Shown here piece by piece: positions 1 through 9,579 of a DNA stretch of 64,000 nt. The notes under the pieces are model-generated. The model was not told where the DNA came from. It was given only the letters and a program-made list of their open reading frames with translations, and searched no databases. Both the position numbers and the translations under genes were made by a program. The stretch lies in the NCBI GenBank assembly GCA_016187035.1, contig JACPKL010000005.1:71150-135149 (forward strand). The letters run 5' to 3'. How positions within the stretch are numbered: the stretch's first letter is position 1; each line of letters opens with the position of its first letter. The stretch comes from Candidatus Daviesbacteria bacterium (GTDB taxonomy: Bacteria > Patescibacteriota > Microgenomatia > Daviesbacterales > UBA10151).

Positions 1-990
1 GCTACCATTTTGGCTTTTGGTTTGTCAGCATTTTTTTTGTTACCTGCAAATTTTGAGAGAAACTTTATCCAGACAAAATATTTAACAGTTGGCTATTTTA
101 ATTTTAGGGCTCATTTTGTAGCCTTTAGACAATTTTTTTCTTTATTTTGGGGATATGGTTCTTCGCTCTGGGGACCAGTTGATGGTTTATCTTTCCAAGT
201 AGGGTTAGTTAACTGGATAGTTATATTACTATCTGCTATTTCAGGGTTTACTTTCAGAAGAAACAAAAAAATGCTTACTTTTTTTGTCTTTTTAATATTA
301 AACTTCTTTTTATCCTTATTTTTACAGCATAATAAATCAGCTTTTATTTGGGAAGCAATACCCCTAATGGCTTTTATACAATTTCCTTGGAGGTTTTTAA
401 CTATCTCCATTTTCATTGTTTCTTTGATAGGTGGCGCCATTACATCAAAACTTAATGGAAAGCTTTCGCTAATTTACTTTATTTTAATTATTGCATCTCT
501 GTTTTTCTCTTTAATGTATTTCAAACCTAAGGAGTATGCAGATGATGCTTTTTTTGATAAGTTCCTAAATAAAGAAAAAATGCATCAAGGAATAGATTTA
601 ACAAAAGATTATTTACCAATTTGGGTTAAGAGCGTTGACAAACCTTTATTAAACTATCCTGAGGCTGATGAAGGTATAATACAGGTAGAAAATTTTAATA
701 AAAAAGCTGCGAGGGCTAATTCTATAATTACTGTATATAAAGATTCGATTATAGATGTACCTATAACTTATTTTCCTGGATGGACTATAACTGCCAATAA
801 CAAGAATATATCTTTAGAAAAACCTGATCAACGTGGTCTAATTAAATTTAAACTGCCAAAAGGAGATTATAGTGTTGGTTTTGAATTCAGGGATACTCCT
901 GTTAGAATATTAGGAAATACAATTTCATTATTTTCTTTATTAATTTTATTCTTACTAATTGTCTTCAAGAAAGGATATAAAAATGTTTGA
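1..990 (+). CDS. Polytopic membrane protein, C-terminal ~329 aa (5' end outside the window). Paralog of 983..2689; putative GT-C-type glycosyltransferase (PTPS-related/COG5617-like membrane protein family).
   Basis: The frame is open to the window edge; the track start at 10 is a TTG. It aligns by eye with 983..2689 (FWGYGSS and QFPWRFL motifs, several TM helices, beta-rich C-terminal domain plus a terminal TM). Confidence 0.5.
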   Translation, partial: ATILAFGLSAFFLLPANFERNFIQTKYLTVGYFNFRAHFVAFRQFFSLFWGYGSSLWGPVDGLSFQVGLVNWIVILLSAISGFTFRRNKKMLTFFVFLILNFFLSLFLQHNKSAFIWEAIPLMAFIQFPWRFLTISIFIVSLIGGAITSKLNGKLSLIYFILIIASLFFSLMYFKPKEYADDAFFDKFLNKEKMHQGIDLTKDYLPIWVKSVDKPLLNYPEADEGIIQVENFNKKAARANSIITVYKDSIIDVPITYFPGWTITANNKNISLEKPDQRGLIKFKLPKGDYSVGFEFRDTPVRILGNTISLFSLLILFLLIVFKKGYKNV

Positions 991-2689
991 ATTCATTCTA
1001 AAGAGAAAGGAATTTCTTGTTGGTTTAGTATTATCTCTATCTCTGTTATGGCCTCTTTTTGCCGCACCCTTTTTTACTCATCATGATGATGTACAAGTGA
1101 TCCGTCTTTTCGAGATGGATAAATGTTTTAAGGATCGTCAGATACCTTGTAGATGGGTACCAGATTTAGGCGGATTATATGGATATCCTATTTTTAACTA
1201 TTATGCCCCTTTACCTTATTATTTTGGAGAAGTGATTTATTCTTTAACTCATAACTTTATATTGACAGTTAAGATTATGTTTGCTTTTTCTTTTATAACT
1301 TCCTATATCTTCATGTATCTTTTAGCTAAGAAGTTCTGGGGAAAGACAGGAGGCAGTATATCAGCTATTTTTTATGCTTTTGCACCCTATCATGCGGTAG
1401 ATTTTTATATCAGAGGAGCAATGGGGGAAATGTGGGGATTAATGTCGTTTCCAGCAATCTTTTGGGCTTTTGCAAATCTGGCTGAAAAAAAGAGTATTAA
1501 GAATTTACTGATAGCTGCAATATTTATTGGAGTAATAATTAGTTCTCATAATTTGTCCGCCATGATATTTTTACCCTTTAGTTTAGTTTGGATAGGTTTG
1601 TATTATTTAAAAACTAAGAGCAATCTTTTTCTATTCTATAGCTTTTTATCAATTTTTTTAGGAAGTTTATTAGTATCTTTTTATCTATTACCGGCTATTT
1701 TTGAAAAAAACTTAGTACATCTGGAAACAACCGTTGGAGGTTATTTTTCTTATACGGAACATTTTAAAGGTTTTAGAAAGTTATTTTTAGATAGATTTTG
1801 GGGTTATGGTTCATCAGTTAGGGAAGTACCCGGGGGAGAAAGAGACAGTTTACCATATCAAATAGGCTGGGTACATTTATTAGGATGGGTTCTAGCCCTT
1901 TTCACAGCCTACAAACTTTGGCATAAAAACAAATGGACGAGTATAGTAATAATTTTTTCTTCAGTATCTATATTGATAGCTGCTTTTATGATTAATCCAC
2001 GTTCTCTAATCATCTGGAGAATGATTGACTCATTAAAATACTTACAATTTCCATGGCGTTTTTTACTTATTATCACCTTTTTTATTTCGTTTATTTCTGG
2101 CAGTTTATTATTGAGTTTGCAAAATAGGAAAAATCTTTGGTTGACTTTTCTTATTTTGGTAGTTGTATTAAACTTTCTATATTTCAAGCCTGGGAAATTC
2201 ATTAACACTAACGATAAGGATTACTTAAGCGGGCAAAATTGGGATAGGATAATAAAAAGATCTATTTTTGACTATCTTCCCATTTTCGCTAAAGAACCTC
2301 CTGCAGAATTAGCGACAGAAAGATACCAGATATTAACTGGAGATAGTAAAATTTATGATTTTACTGAAGGAACAAACTGGCTTAAGTTTAAAACTGAAAC
2401 TAAAAGTCATACTATCATACGCCTTTCTCAATATTATTTTCCTAATTGGAAAATTTTTGTTGATGGTAAGGAAATCAATTTTGAATATAAAGATAATAGC
2501 TTAGGATTAATGACAATAATTTTAGGAGAAGGAAATCATAATGTGGAAGCAAGGCTGTTTGATACTCCAATCAGATTATTATCAAATTATATAACTCTAG
2601 TTACTATTCTTTTAATTACCTCTCTTTTTATATCTCAAATCAGGAGTATTAGAAAATGGTATTTTTATTATAAAAAAGGAATAAATTAG
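983..2689 (+). CDS. Polytopic membrane protein, putative GT-C-type glycosyltransferase (PTPS-related/COG5617-like family).
   Basis: ATG 983 lies just before the upstream stop (988-990); the in-frame start at 959 is also possible. First loop reads HHDDVQVIRLFEMDK..IPCRWVPDLGGLYGYPIFNYYAPLPYY. Many hydrophobic helices, an FPWRFL motif, and a C-terminal soluble domain plus terminal TM. Confidence 0.5.
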   Translation: MFEFILKRKEFLVGLVLSLSLLWPLFAAPFFTHHDDVQVIRLFEMDKCFKDRQIPCRWVPDLGGLYGYPIFNYYAPLPYYFGEVIYSLTHNFILTVKIMFAFSFITSYIFMYLLAKKFWGKTGGSISAIFYAFAPYHAVDFYIRGAMGEMWGLMSFPAIFWAFANLAEKKSIKNLLIAAIFIGVIISSHNLSAMIFLPFSLVWIGLYYLKTKSNLFLFYSFLSIFLGSLLVSFYLLPAIFEKNLVHLETTVGGYFSYTEHFKGFRKLFLDRFWGYGSSVREVPGGERDSLPYQIGWVHLLGWVLALFTAYKLWHKNKWTSIVIIFSSVSILIAAFMINPRSLIIWRMIDSLKYLQFPWRFLLIITFFISFISGSLLLSLQNRKNLWLTFLILVVVLNFLYFKPGKFINTNDKDYLSGQNWDRIIKRSIFDYLPIFAKEPPAELATERYQILTGDSKIYDFTEGTNWLKFKTETKSHTIIRLSQYYFPNWKIFVDGKEINFEYKDNSLGLMTIILGEGNHNVEARLFDTPIRLLSNYITLVTILLITSLFISQIRSIRKWYFYYKKGIN

Positions 2690-2691
2690 AT

Positions 2692-4161
2692 ATGGAAAGT
2701 GTTGAACTAATTGATCCAACAGAAAAGATTACACCTGAAATTATTAAAAAACGCGCAGTAAAAGGAGCTGCAATATTAACTATCAGAACTATTCTAATGC
2801 AGACAGTAGCCTTCTTCGCAAATGTTTTATTAACCGTGTTTTTGGAGCCTTCTCAATATGGTGTATTTTTCTTAGTCTCAGCGGTCATAAATTTTCTAAC
2901 ATATTTTTCTGATATAGGATTTGCAGCGGCTCTAATACAAAAAAAGGAGAACTTAACAGCAACTGAATTAAAGACTATTTTTACTACCCAACAAGCTTTA
3001 GTATTGATTTTAATTATTATTATTTATATAACTACCCCCCTTATTAAAAATATTTATCACCTAAACATTGAAGCCATGTATCTTCTTTGGGCATTAGCTC
3101 TATCCTTATTTTTATCATCATTAAAAATAATTCCTTCTGTGTTAATGGAAAGAAGGTTGGAGTTTAATAAATTAATTATCCCACAACTAATCGAGACAGT
3201 ACTATTTAATGTGGTGGTAGTGTTTCTGGCATGGAAGAATTTTGGAATCAATAGTTTTACTATTGCGGTTTTGGTAAGAGGATTTGCCGGTCTTTTAGCA
3301 ACATATTTTATTCAACCTTGGATTCCTGCTTTATCGTTCTCGAAAGAAGCTTTAAAATCTATTCTTAAATTTGGAATCCCTTATCAGATAAATACAATGC
3401 TGGCTATGATTAAAGATGACGGTATGACTTTATATTTAGGTTCGATACTTGGGCCAAGTGGAATAGGATTATTAGCTTGGGCTCAAAAATGGGCATTTGC
3501 ACCTTTAAGGTTTTTTATGGATCAGGTAATAAAAGTATCTTTTCCAGCTTTTTCAAGACTTCAAGATAACGAGAAAGAGTTATCTGGTGCAGTATCAAAA
3601 TCCATTCTATATATTTGTCTTTTAGTCTTTCCATCCCTTGTTATGCTGTTAATTCTTGCTCCGTCTTTTGTAAAGGTAATCCCTAAATATTATAAATGGA
3701 GCCCAGCCTTAATAGCGCTTGCTCTCTTAGCAATTAACTCGGCCCTAGCTGCTATAACAACACCTATTACTAATACTTTAAATGCCATTGGTAAGATTTC
3801 TGTCACTTTTAAGTTTATGATAATGTGGACTGTACTAACCTGGGTTTTTGTTCCATTTCTTGCGCTAAAATTTGGAGTAAACGGCGCTGCTTTTGGTTTT
3901 ACACTAGTTGGATTGAGTTCAATTATTGCTTTGATTTTGGCATTAAAGTTTGTTCATTTAAATTATCTACAAATAATCGGTAAACCTTTAATAGTTTCAA
4001 CGATACTTGGGATAAGTGTATTTATTATTAAAAGTTTGATCCCTATTTCTCCAGTTCAAATTATCTCAATGATAATTGGTGGATCTTTTGTCTATGTAAT
4101 CTCCATTGCTTTAATAGAACCTAAGATTTTTGATATTCTAAGATTAAAGAAGAATGTTTAA
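2692..4161 (+). CDS. Wzx-like oligosaccharide/polysaccharide flippase (MOP superfamily, polysaccharide biosynthesis protein family).
   Basis: 489 aa with about 12-14 TM helices. N-terminal signature LMQTVAFFANVLLTVFLEPSQYGVFFLVSAVINFLTYFSDIGFAAALIQKKE is typical of Wzx/RfbX-type proteins. Confidence 0.7.
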   Translation: MESVELIDPTEKITPEIIKKRAVKGAAILTIRTILMQTVAFFANVLLTVFLEPSQYGVFFLVSAVINFLTYFSDIGFAAALIQKKENLTATELKTIFTTQQALVLILIIIIYITTPLIKNIYHLNIEAMYLLWALALSLFLSSLKIIPSVLMERRLEFNKLIIPQLIETVLFNVVVVFLAWKNFGINSFTIAVLVRGFAGLLATYFIQPWIPALSFSKEALKSILKFGIPYQINTMLAMIKDDGMTLYLGSILGPSGIGLLAWAQKWAFAPLRFFMDQVIKVSFPAFSRLQDNEKELSGAVSKSILYICLLVFPSLVMLLILAPSFVKVIPKYYKWSPALIALALLAINSALAAITTPITNTLNAIGKISVTFKFMIMWTVLTWVFVPFLALKFGVNGAAFGFTLVGLSSIIALILALKFVHLNYLQIIGKPLIVSTILGISVFIIKSLIPISPVQIISMIIGGSFVYVISIALIEPKIFDILRLKKNV

Positions 4162-7100
4162 GTTTTTAACGCTATTTTTTTTGTTAACTTTATTCTTTCT
4201 CACCCCTAAAGTTTCAGCTCAAAGTAATAATTTCATTGCTGAAGGAAAGAACTCATTTATTTCGGTGGTTAATCCTGTTAGAGGATATGATTTTTGGGAG
4301 CAAAAAGATCAAAATCCTCTAGATGCAGTAAAAGGTGAAGCTCAAATACTAAGTCAATTCAATATTAATGCTACCTGGTTGATTAGATTTGATGTCTTGG
4401 GTAACCAAAGTATTATAAGCGAAATATCCAATAGAAACAGCGACGAAAAGGGACTGTTTTTAGAAGTAACTCCTACTTGGAGTGAAGAAGCAGGTGTAAC
4501 ATACCATAAATCTGAAAGCTGGCACAAAGCAGGAAGTGCTTTTTTAACCGGGTATGAAAGGGATGAGAGAGAAAAACTTATAGATAGTGCATTTAGTAAA
4601 TTCAAAGAGATTTTTGGTGCTTACCCAAAATCTGTTGGTGCTTGGTGGATTGATAGTTACTCCTTAAATTACATGCAAAAAAAGTATGGAATAACTACTG
4701 CCTTAATAGTGGCTGATCAATATACTACAGATAATTATCAAATTTGGGGTCAATATTTCTCAACCCCGTATTATCCTTCTAAGAATAATGCCTTACATCC
4801 AGCATCAACTTTGGAGAATAAAATTCCTATTGTAATAACTCAGTGGGCAGCTAGGGATCCTGTGAATTCTTACGGTAATGGAGTTTTTGAAAGTACTTTT
4901 TCTATTCAAGCTAATGATTATCTAGATTTTCATAACCTAGATACGAGCTATTTTTCTAGACTCTTGGATATCTATACTAATCAGCCTCTTAATAAATTTT
5001 CTCATCTAGTGGTTGGTTTGGAGAATTCTTATCCTTTTAAAAAGTATCAAAGCGAATATCAAAATCAGATAAAGACCTTAGCAGAAAAAAAAGCAACTAA
5101 TCAAATTTCGATAGTTCCTTTAAACAATTTTTCCAGTTGGTATACATCTAACTTTCCTGGTCTTTCTCCGGAACAAATTATCATAGCAAATGATCCTTTA
5201 GGCAGTAATAAAAAGGTTGTCTGGTTTATGAATTCTTTTTATCGGGCAGGTTGGTTTTACAATAGCGATAGAAGTGTATTCAGAGATATTAGACAATATG
5301 TTGATGGTGAAGAAGAGTTGTGTTTTAAAAATAGATGCGACGAAGTTAACTTTGCAACTTCTGCTACTAGGGTTTTGGATGAAGTTAGCTTTGGACATAA
5401 ATGGGTTATTGATGAAGGGAAGATTTCTAATTTTAAAGTAAATAGAGAAGGGAACGATTTTATTATCAGCTATAAAAATGAAGCAGGAGGAGATAGAAAG
5501 ATAGAATTTTTACCCAGAGATATTGGTATTGACGGAAAGATTTTATCGATAGATACAACTATCTTAGAAGCTACTAAAAAGGATTTGAACCAAACTATAA
5601 TAAGTAAACAATTAGATAAAGGACTATTTAAATACTCTTTTGTTGATATTTTTTTAAAATTGGTTAAATTTATTTTGTTCTTAATTTTAGCTTGTCTAAT
5701 TCCAGGTTTAGTTTTAATAAGAAAGACGAATTTTTATATCCCTCTATTACTGGGTTTAGTATGTTTAGTATTAGTTTTTTATATTACATCACTTTTAAAC
5801 CTTAAAATACTGATTTTTTTGTATATTTTTATTAACTTAATATTATTTTTTAAATTAGGGATATTTAAAGAAATAGGAATAAAGCTTAATTTAGATGGAT
5901 CTACATGGTCTAAAAATTCTGGCCTCTTCTTGCTACGCAATAAATTTAATTTTTTGAGCTTAGGATTAATAATAATTGGGACGATTTTTCAATCAATACC
6001 TACGTTTAAGAGTAGTCTAGTATATCCTTACGGAATGGGTTTTTGGGGACCTAATGCTCACGATGGAATTTGGCATATTGCTTTAATAAATCAACTGGTA
6101 AAAGAAGTTCCAGCGCAAAACCCGATTTTGGCAGGGACTGTTTTAAGAAATTATCATTTTTTCTATGATCTTTTGATTGCTGCATCCAATTACCTGACAA
6201 ATATTTCAGTTTTTGATTTAGTGTTTAGATTTTATCCCATACTCTTTTCATTGATGTTGGGGATTGGAAGTTTTTATTTATTAGTTAATATTTTTAAAAA
6301 AACATCAAAAGTGTTTTTTAGTCTATATCTCGTATATTTTGCAGGTAGTTTTGGTTGGATAGTGGAGTATTTAAAAGTTAAGCATCTAGGAGGGGAATCA
6401 GCTTTTTGGGCTAACCAATCAATTTCTTTTAATCTTAATCCACCTTTCGCAATTTCACTTTTAATTGTGATTGCCATTTTACAAATTCTATTTACTCTTA
6501 AATTTAGCAAAAAACTTATTTTAATATTAACAATTCTTTGCGGTTCAACAGTTGCATTCAAAACATACGCCGGAGTATTGATTATAGCCACGCTACTAAT
6601 GATCGCGTTGATTAAAAGGTCTCTTACTTATTTTATAGTCTTTTTAGCTACCTCAATTCTTTCTATTCTCCTGATTATTTCAAATTTCAGTTTGGGTAGT
6701 AATCTAATCATTTTTTCTCCATTTTGGTTTATACATTCTATGGTGGATTCACCTGATAGAGTTGGATGGGTAAGATTATCTTTGGCTAGAACAATTGGGT
6801 TTTCGCAAAATAACTGGTTTAAGTTTATAACCTCAGAAATTATTAGTTTCTTTCTATTTATTATTGGTAACTTAGGAATAAGAATATTCGCTTTATTTAG
6901 CTTAATAAAAATTAAAACAATTTTTCAGCAAACAGAATATTTATTTTTATTCATATTCTCATTATTGGCGTTTTTCATTCCAATATTTTTTATCCAATCA
7001 GGTAATCCTTGGAATACTATACAGTTTATTTATTATTTCTTATATATCTCATCGTTAATAGGAGGCATGGTAATATCGAAAATTATCAATAAGATTAACA

Positions 7101-7594
7101 AATTTGCAGCAATACTTTTTGCGTTGATAATTATTATTCTCACGCCTATTAATTCCTGGACGACAGCTAGCGGGTATCTAAGCTATAAACCCCATGCATT
7201 TATTAGCCAGACAGAGCTTCAGGCATTACAGTATTTAGAAAAGATAGATGATGGAGTTATCTTAACATACCCTTATGATGAAACAATGAAAAGAAAATTA
7301 ATTGAACCTTGGCCAATATTTGTTTATGATAGTACTGCCTATGTATCAGCATTGACTAAAAAAGCAACTTTTTTGGAAGATGAACCTCAAAACAAAATTC
7401 TTCTAACAGACTATAAGAGAAGATTGGTAGCTTCAAAAGATTTTTTCTTGAGACCAACTAAAGAATTTTTGAAAACAGAAAATATTAAATATGTCTATTT
7501 GCCAAAAGCTTACGATATTACCTTAAGCGAAAACATTATTCCAGTTAGAAATATTTTTGAGAATGATGAAGTAATAATATATAAGGTAATGTAA
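4154..7594 (+). CDS. Large fusion protein: signal peptide, ~490-aa extracytoplasmic domain of unknown function, polytopic GT-C-like membrane domain, and a C-terminal extracytoplasmic domain.
   Basis: N-terminus MFKFLTLFFLLTLFFLTPKVSAQ looks like a signal peptide. A long hydrophilic region follows, then more than 12 TM helices. The membrane part aligns with 7594..9579 (HDGIWH, NP.LAG..L.NYHFF.DLL, GGES.FW motifs). Confidence 0.45.
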   Translation: MFKFLTLFFLLTLFFLTPKVSAQSNNFIAEGKNSFISVVNPVRGYDFWEQKDQNPLDAVKGEAQILSQFNINATWLIRFDVLGNQSIISEISNRNSDEKGLFLEVTPTWSEEAGVTYHKSESWHKAGSAFLTGYERDEREKLIDSAFSKFKEIFGAYPKSVGAWWIDSYSLNYMQKKYGITTALIVADQYTTDNYQIWGQYFSTPYYPSKNNALHPASTLENKIPIVITQWAARDPVNSYGNGVFESTFSIQANDYLDFHNLDTSYFSRLLDIYTNQPLNKFSHLVVGLENSYPFKKYQSEYQNQIKTLAEKKATNQISIVPLNNFSSWYTSNFPGLSPEQIIIANDPLGSNKKVVWFMNSFYRAGWFYNSDRSVFRDIRQYVDGEEELCFKNRCDEVNFATSATRVLDEVSFGHKWVIDEGKISNFKVNREGNDFIISYKNEAGGDRKIEFLPRDIGIDGKILSIDTTILEATKKDLNQTIISKQLDKGLFKYSFVDIFLKLVKFILFLILACLIPGLVLIRKTNFYIPLLLGLVCLVLVFYITSLLNLKILIFLYIFINLILFFKLGIFKEIGIKLNLDGSTWSKNSGLFLLRNKFNFLSLGLIIIGTIFQSIPTFKSSLVYPYGMGFWGPNAHDGIWHIALINQLVKEVPAQNPILAGTVLRNYHFFYDLLIAASNYLTNISVFDLVFRFYPILFSLMLGIGSFYLLVNIFKKTSKVFFSLYLVYFAGSFGWIVEYLKVKHLGGESAFWANQSISFNLNPPFAISLLIVIAILQILFTLKFSKKLILILTILCGSTVAFKTYAGVLIIATLLMIALIKRSLTYFIVFLATSILSILLIISNFSLGSNLIIFSPFWFIHSMVDSPDRVGWVRLSLARTIGFSQNNWFKFITSEIISFFLFIIGNLGIRIFALFSLIKIKTIFQQTEYLFLFIFSLLAFFIPIFFIQSGNPWNTIQFIYYFLYISSLIGGMVISKIINKINKFAAILFALIIIILTPINSWTTASGYLSYKPHAFISQTELQALQYLEKIDDGVILTYPYDETMKRKLIEPWPIFVYDSTAYVSALTKKATFLEDEPQNKILLTDYKRRLVASKDFFLRPTKEFLKTENIKYVYLPKAYDITLSENIIPVRNIFENDEVIIYKVM

Positions 7595-9579
7595 TGATCA
7601 TTATTCAACAAACTTTTCTAGGGTTATTATTTCTGATGACTTCCTTTTTAAGTTTTACTTTACCTTCAATATATTTTCTCAAAAAATTTAATTTTGACTT
7701 AAATGATGATTTAGATAAATTTGTAGTATTCTCTGTATTTGGATTATCTGTTTTTACTCTTACTGCTTATATTTTAGCTGCTCTTCATTTAAGGTTTTTT
7801 ATGTATCTATTTCCTCTTTTTGGAATGTGGTCTATTTTAAAATATAAAAAATCCTTTTTTGAAAGAAAATTCAAAATAACACAGAAGAAATTCTTTCTAT
7901 CAGTTTTAATAATTGGAATTATTAGTCAGGTAGCTGTTAATGCTCCATCAGGTCTTTTGTATAAAGATGGTATCTATTTCTGGAGTTCACATGGTCATGA
8001 CGGTGTATGGCATCTTAGCTTAATGGAACAAATGCAAAAAGAATTTTTTCCTTTTCAAAATCCTGAACTAGCAGGTGCAAAATTACAAAACTATCATTTC
8101 TTTGTAGATCTTTTAATGTCTGAATTTAGCAGGTTATTTTATTTTTCTAATCTTGATATCTATTTTAGATTTATGCCAATTGTGTTTTCTCTTCTTTTAG
8201 GATTATCGGCATTTATCCTTGTTAGAGCTTGGAGCAAGAGCGAATTAGCAGGAATTTGGTCGATGATTTTTGTCTATTTTGCAGGAAGTTTTGGTTATCT
8301 TATTTATATACCTACGCATAAAAGTCTAGGAGGAGAATCTATATTTTGGGTGTCTCAAACTCAGTCAGTATTAGGTAATCCCCCACATGCTGCTGCTTTT
8401 ATAATTACTACCGCCTTTCTTTTTGCATTCTTAAAATTTTTAAGGAGCAGAAAAATCAATTTCTTTTTTCTCAGCTCGTTCCTTGGTGGGGTAGCAATAG
8501 GGTTTAAAGTTTATGCGGGAGTTTTAATATTAGGAGGTTTATTAATCATAGGTATTTTTGAATTATTAGCTAAAAGAAGTTACAAAACATTTCTATTGTT
8601 TTTAACCACACTTCTTATTGCATTAGCTATTTATCTCCCAAATAGCAAGAATTCTCAAGACTTTTTAATTTGGCATCCTTGGTGGTTTATTAGGACTATG
8701 GTAGTAGCTTCAGATAGATTAAATTGGCTCGATTTAGAATTAAGAAGACAAACCTATCTTGCTGAAGGAAACTTTAAAAGAGTAGTTCAAGTTGAATTAA
8801 CTGCTTTTTTAATTTTCCTATTTGGGAATTTAGGTATGAGATTTTTAGGATTCCTGACAATCTTTAAACAATTAAAAGAGGATATTTTAGATAATTTATT
8901 CAACCTATTCTTTTTGCTAATTACAATGGCATCATTTTTTATCCCAGTGCTCTTTCTGCAAAAGGGAGTTGCTTGGAATGCTATCCAATTTAATCAATAC
9001 TTCTTATTATTTTTTGGTTTCTTAGCAGCCATTACTACTGCTTGGATTTTATCCATTAACAGAAGTAAATTATGGAGTGTAGTAATTTCAACGATCATAA
9101 TATTTTTATCTATTCCCACACAATTGGGATTACTTTGGCAGTTCTATTCTAATCCTCCTCTTTCTAAAATTTCTAATGAGGAATTAGAAGGATTAAATTT
9201 TCTAAGACAACAAAAAGGGAATATAGTTTTAGTATTGCCATTTAATAAATATGAAAGAGATAAATATAAAGATCCACCGATTCCTATCTATGCTTGGTAT
9301 GATACAGGATATGTAACAGCATTTAGTGGAAAACAAACTCTAATTTCTGATGAAGAGCAAGTTAATATAATGGGGTATGATGTAACTAGACTTATAGAGG
9401 AGAGAGAAGAAGCTTTCCAAAGCAGAGATTACCATAAAATGAATAACTTTTTGCAGAAATACAAAATTGATTATGTATATTTAGGATGGGATCAAAAAAC
9501 AGCTACAGATTCAGCTTTCTTAAATATGGAACCAATATTTATAAATAAAGATGCTAGAGTATTTAAAGTGAAAAAGTGA
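7594..9579 (+). CDS. Polytopic GT-C-like membrane protein. Paralog of the membrane and C-terminal domains of 4154..7594, without the N-terminal soluble domain.
   Basis: TAATG start-stop overlap with the upstream gene. Shared motifs: WSSHGHDGVWHLSLMEQM..FQNPELAGAKLQNYHFFVDLL, GGESIFWVSQ, FKVYAGV, DYVYLGW. Confidence 0.45.
   Translation: MIIIQQTFLGLLFLMTSFLSFTLPSIYFLKKFNFDLNDDLDKFVVFSVFGLSVFTLTAYILAALHLRFFMYLFPLFGMWSILKYKKSFFERKFKITQKKFFLSVLIIGIISQVAVNAPSGLLYKDGIYFWSSHGHDGVWHLSLMEQMQKEFFPFQNPELAGAKLQNYHFFVDLLMSEFSRLFYFSNLDIYFRFMPIVFSLLLGLSAFILVRAWSKSELAGIWSMIFVYFAGSFGYLIYIPTHKSLGGESIFWVSQTQSVLGNPPHAAAFIITTAFLFAFLKFLRSRKINFFFLSSFLGGVAIGFKVYAGVLILGGLLIIGIFELLAKRSYKTFLLFLTTLLIALAIYLPNSKNSQDFLIWHPWWFIRTMVVASDRLNWLDLELRRQTYLAEGNFKRVVQVELTAFLIFLFGNLGMRFLGFLTIFKQLKEDILDNLFNLFFLLITMASFFIPVLFLQKGVAWNAIQFNQYFLLFFGFLAAITTAWILSINRSKLWSVVISTIIIFLSIPTQLGLLWQFYSNPPLSKISNEELEGLNFLRQQKGNIVLVLPFNKYERDKYKDPPIPIYAWYDTGYVTAFSGKQTLISDEEQVNIMGYDVTRLIEEREEAFQSRDYHKMNNFLQKYKIDYVYLGWDQKTATDSAFLNMEPIFINKDARVFKVKK

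Noticed and set aside
111-440. The six-frame track contains many short ORFs of 60-116 aa. Examples are 111..440, 1909..2208, 3057..3251, 4354..4605, 6274..6591, 12093..12338, 15939..16190, 28762..29031, 41249..41488, 44239..44589, 46129..46383, 55091..55354 and 60190..60486.
   Set aside because: Each lies entirely inside a longer ORF that carries recognisable family motifs, either antisense to it or in another frame. None shows any motif, signal peptide or plausible start context. They are treated as chance ORFs.
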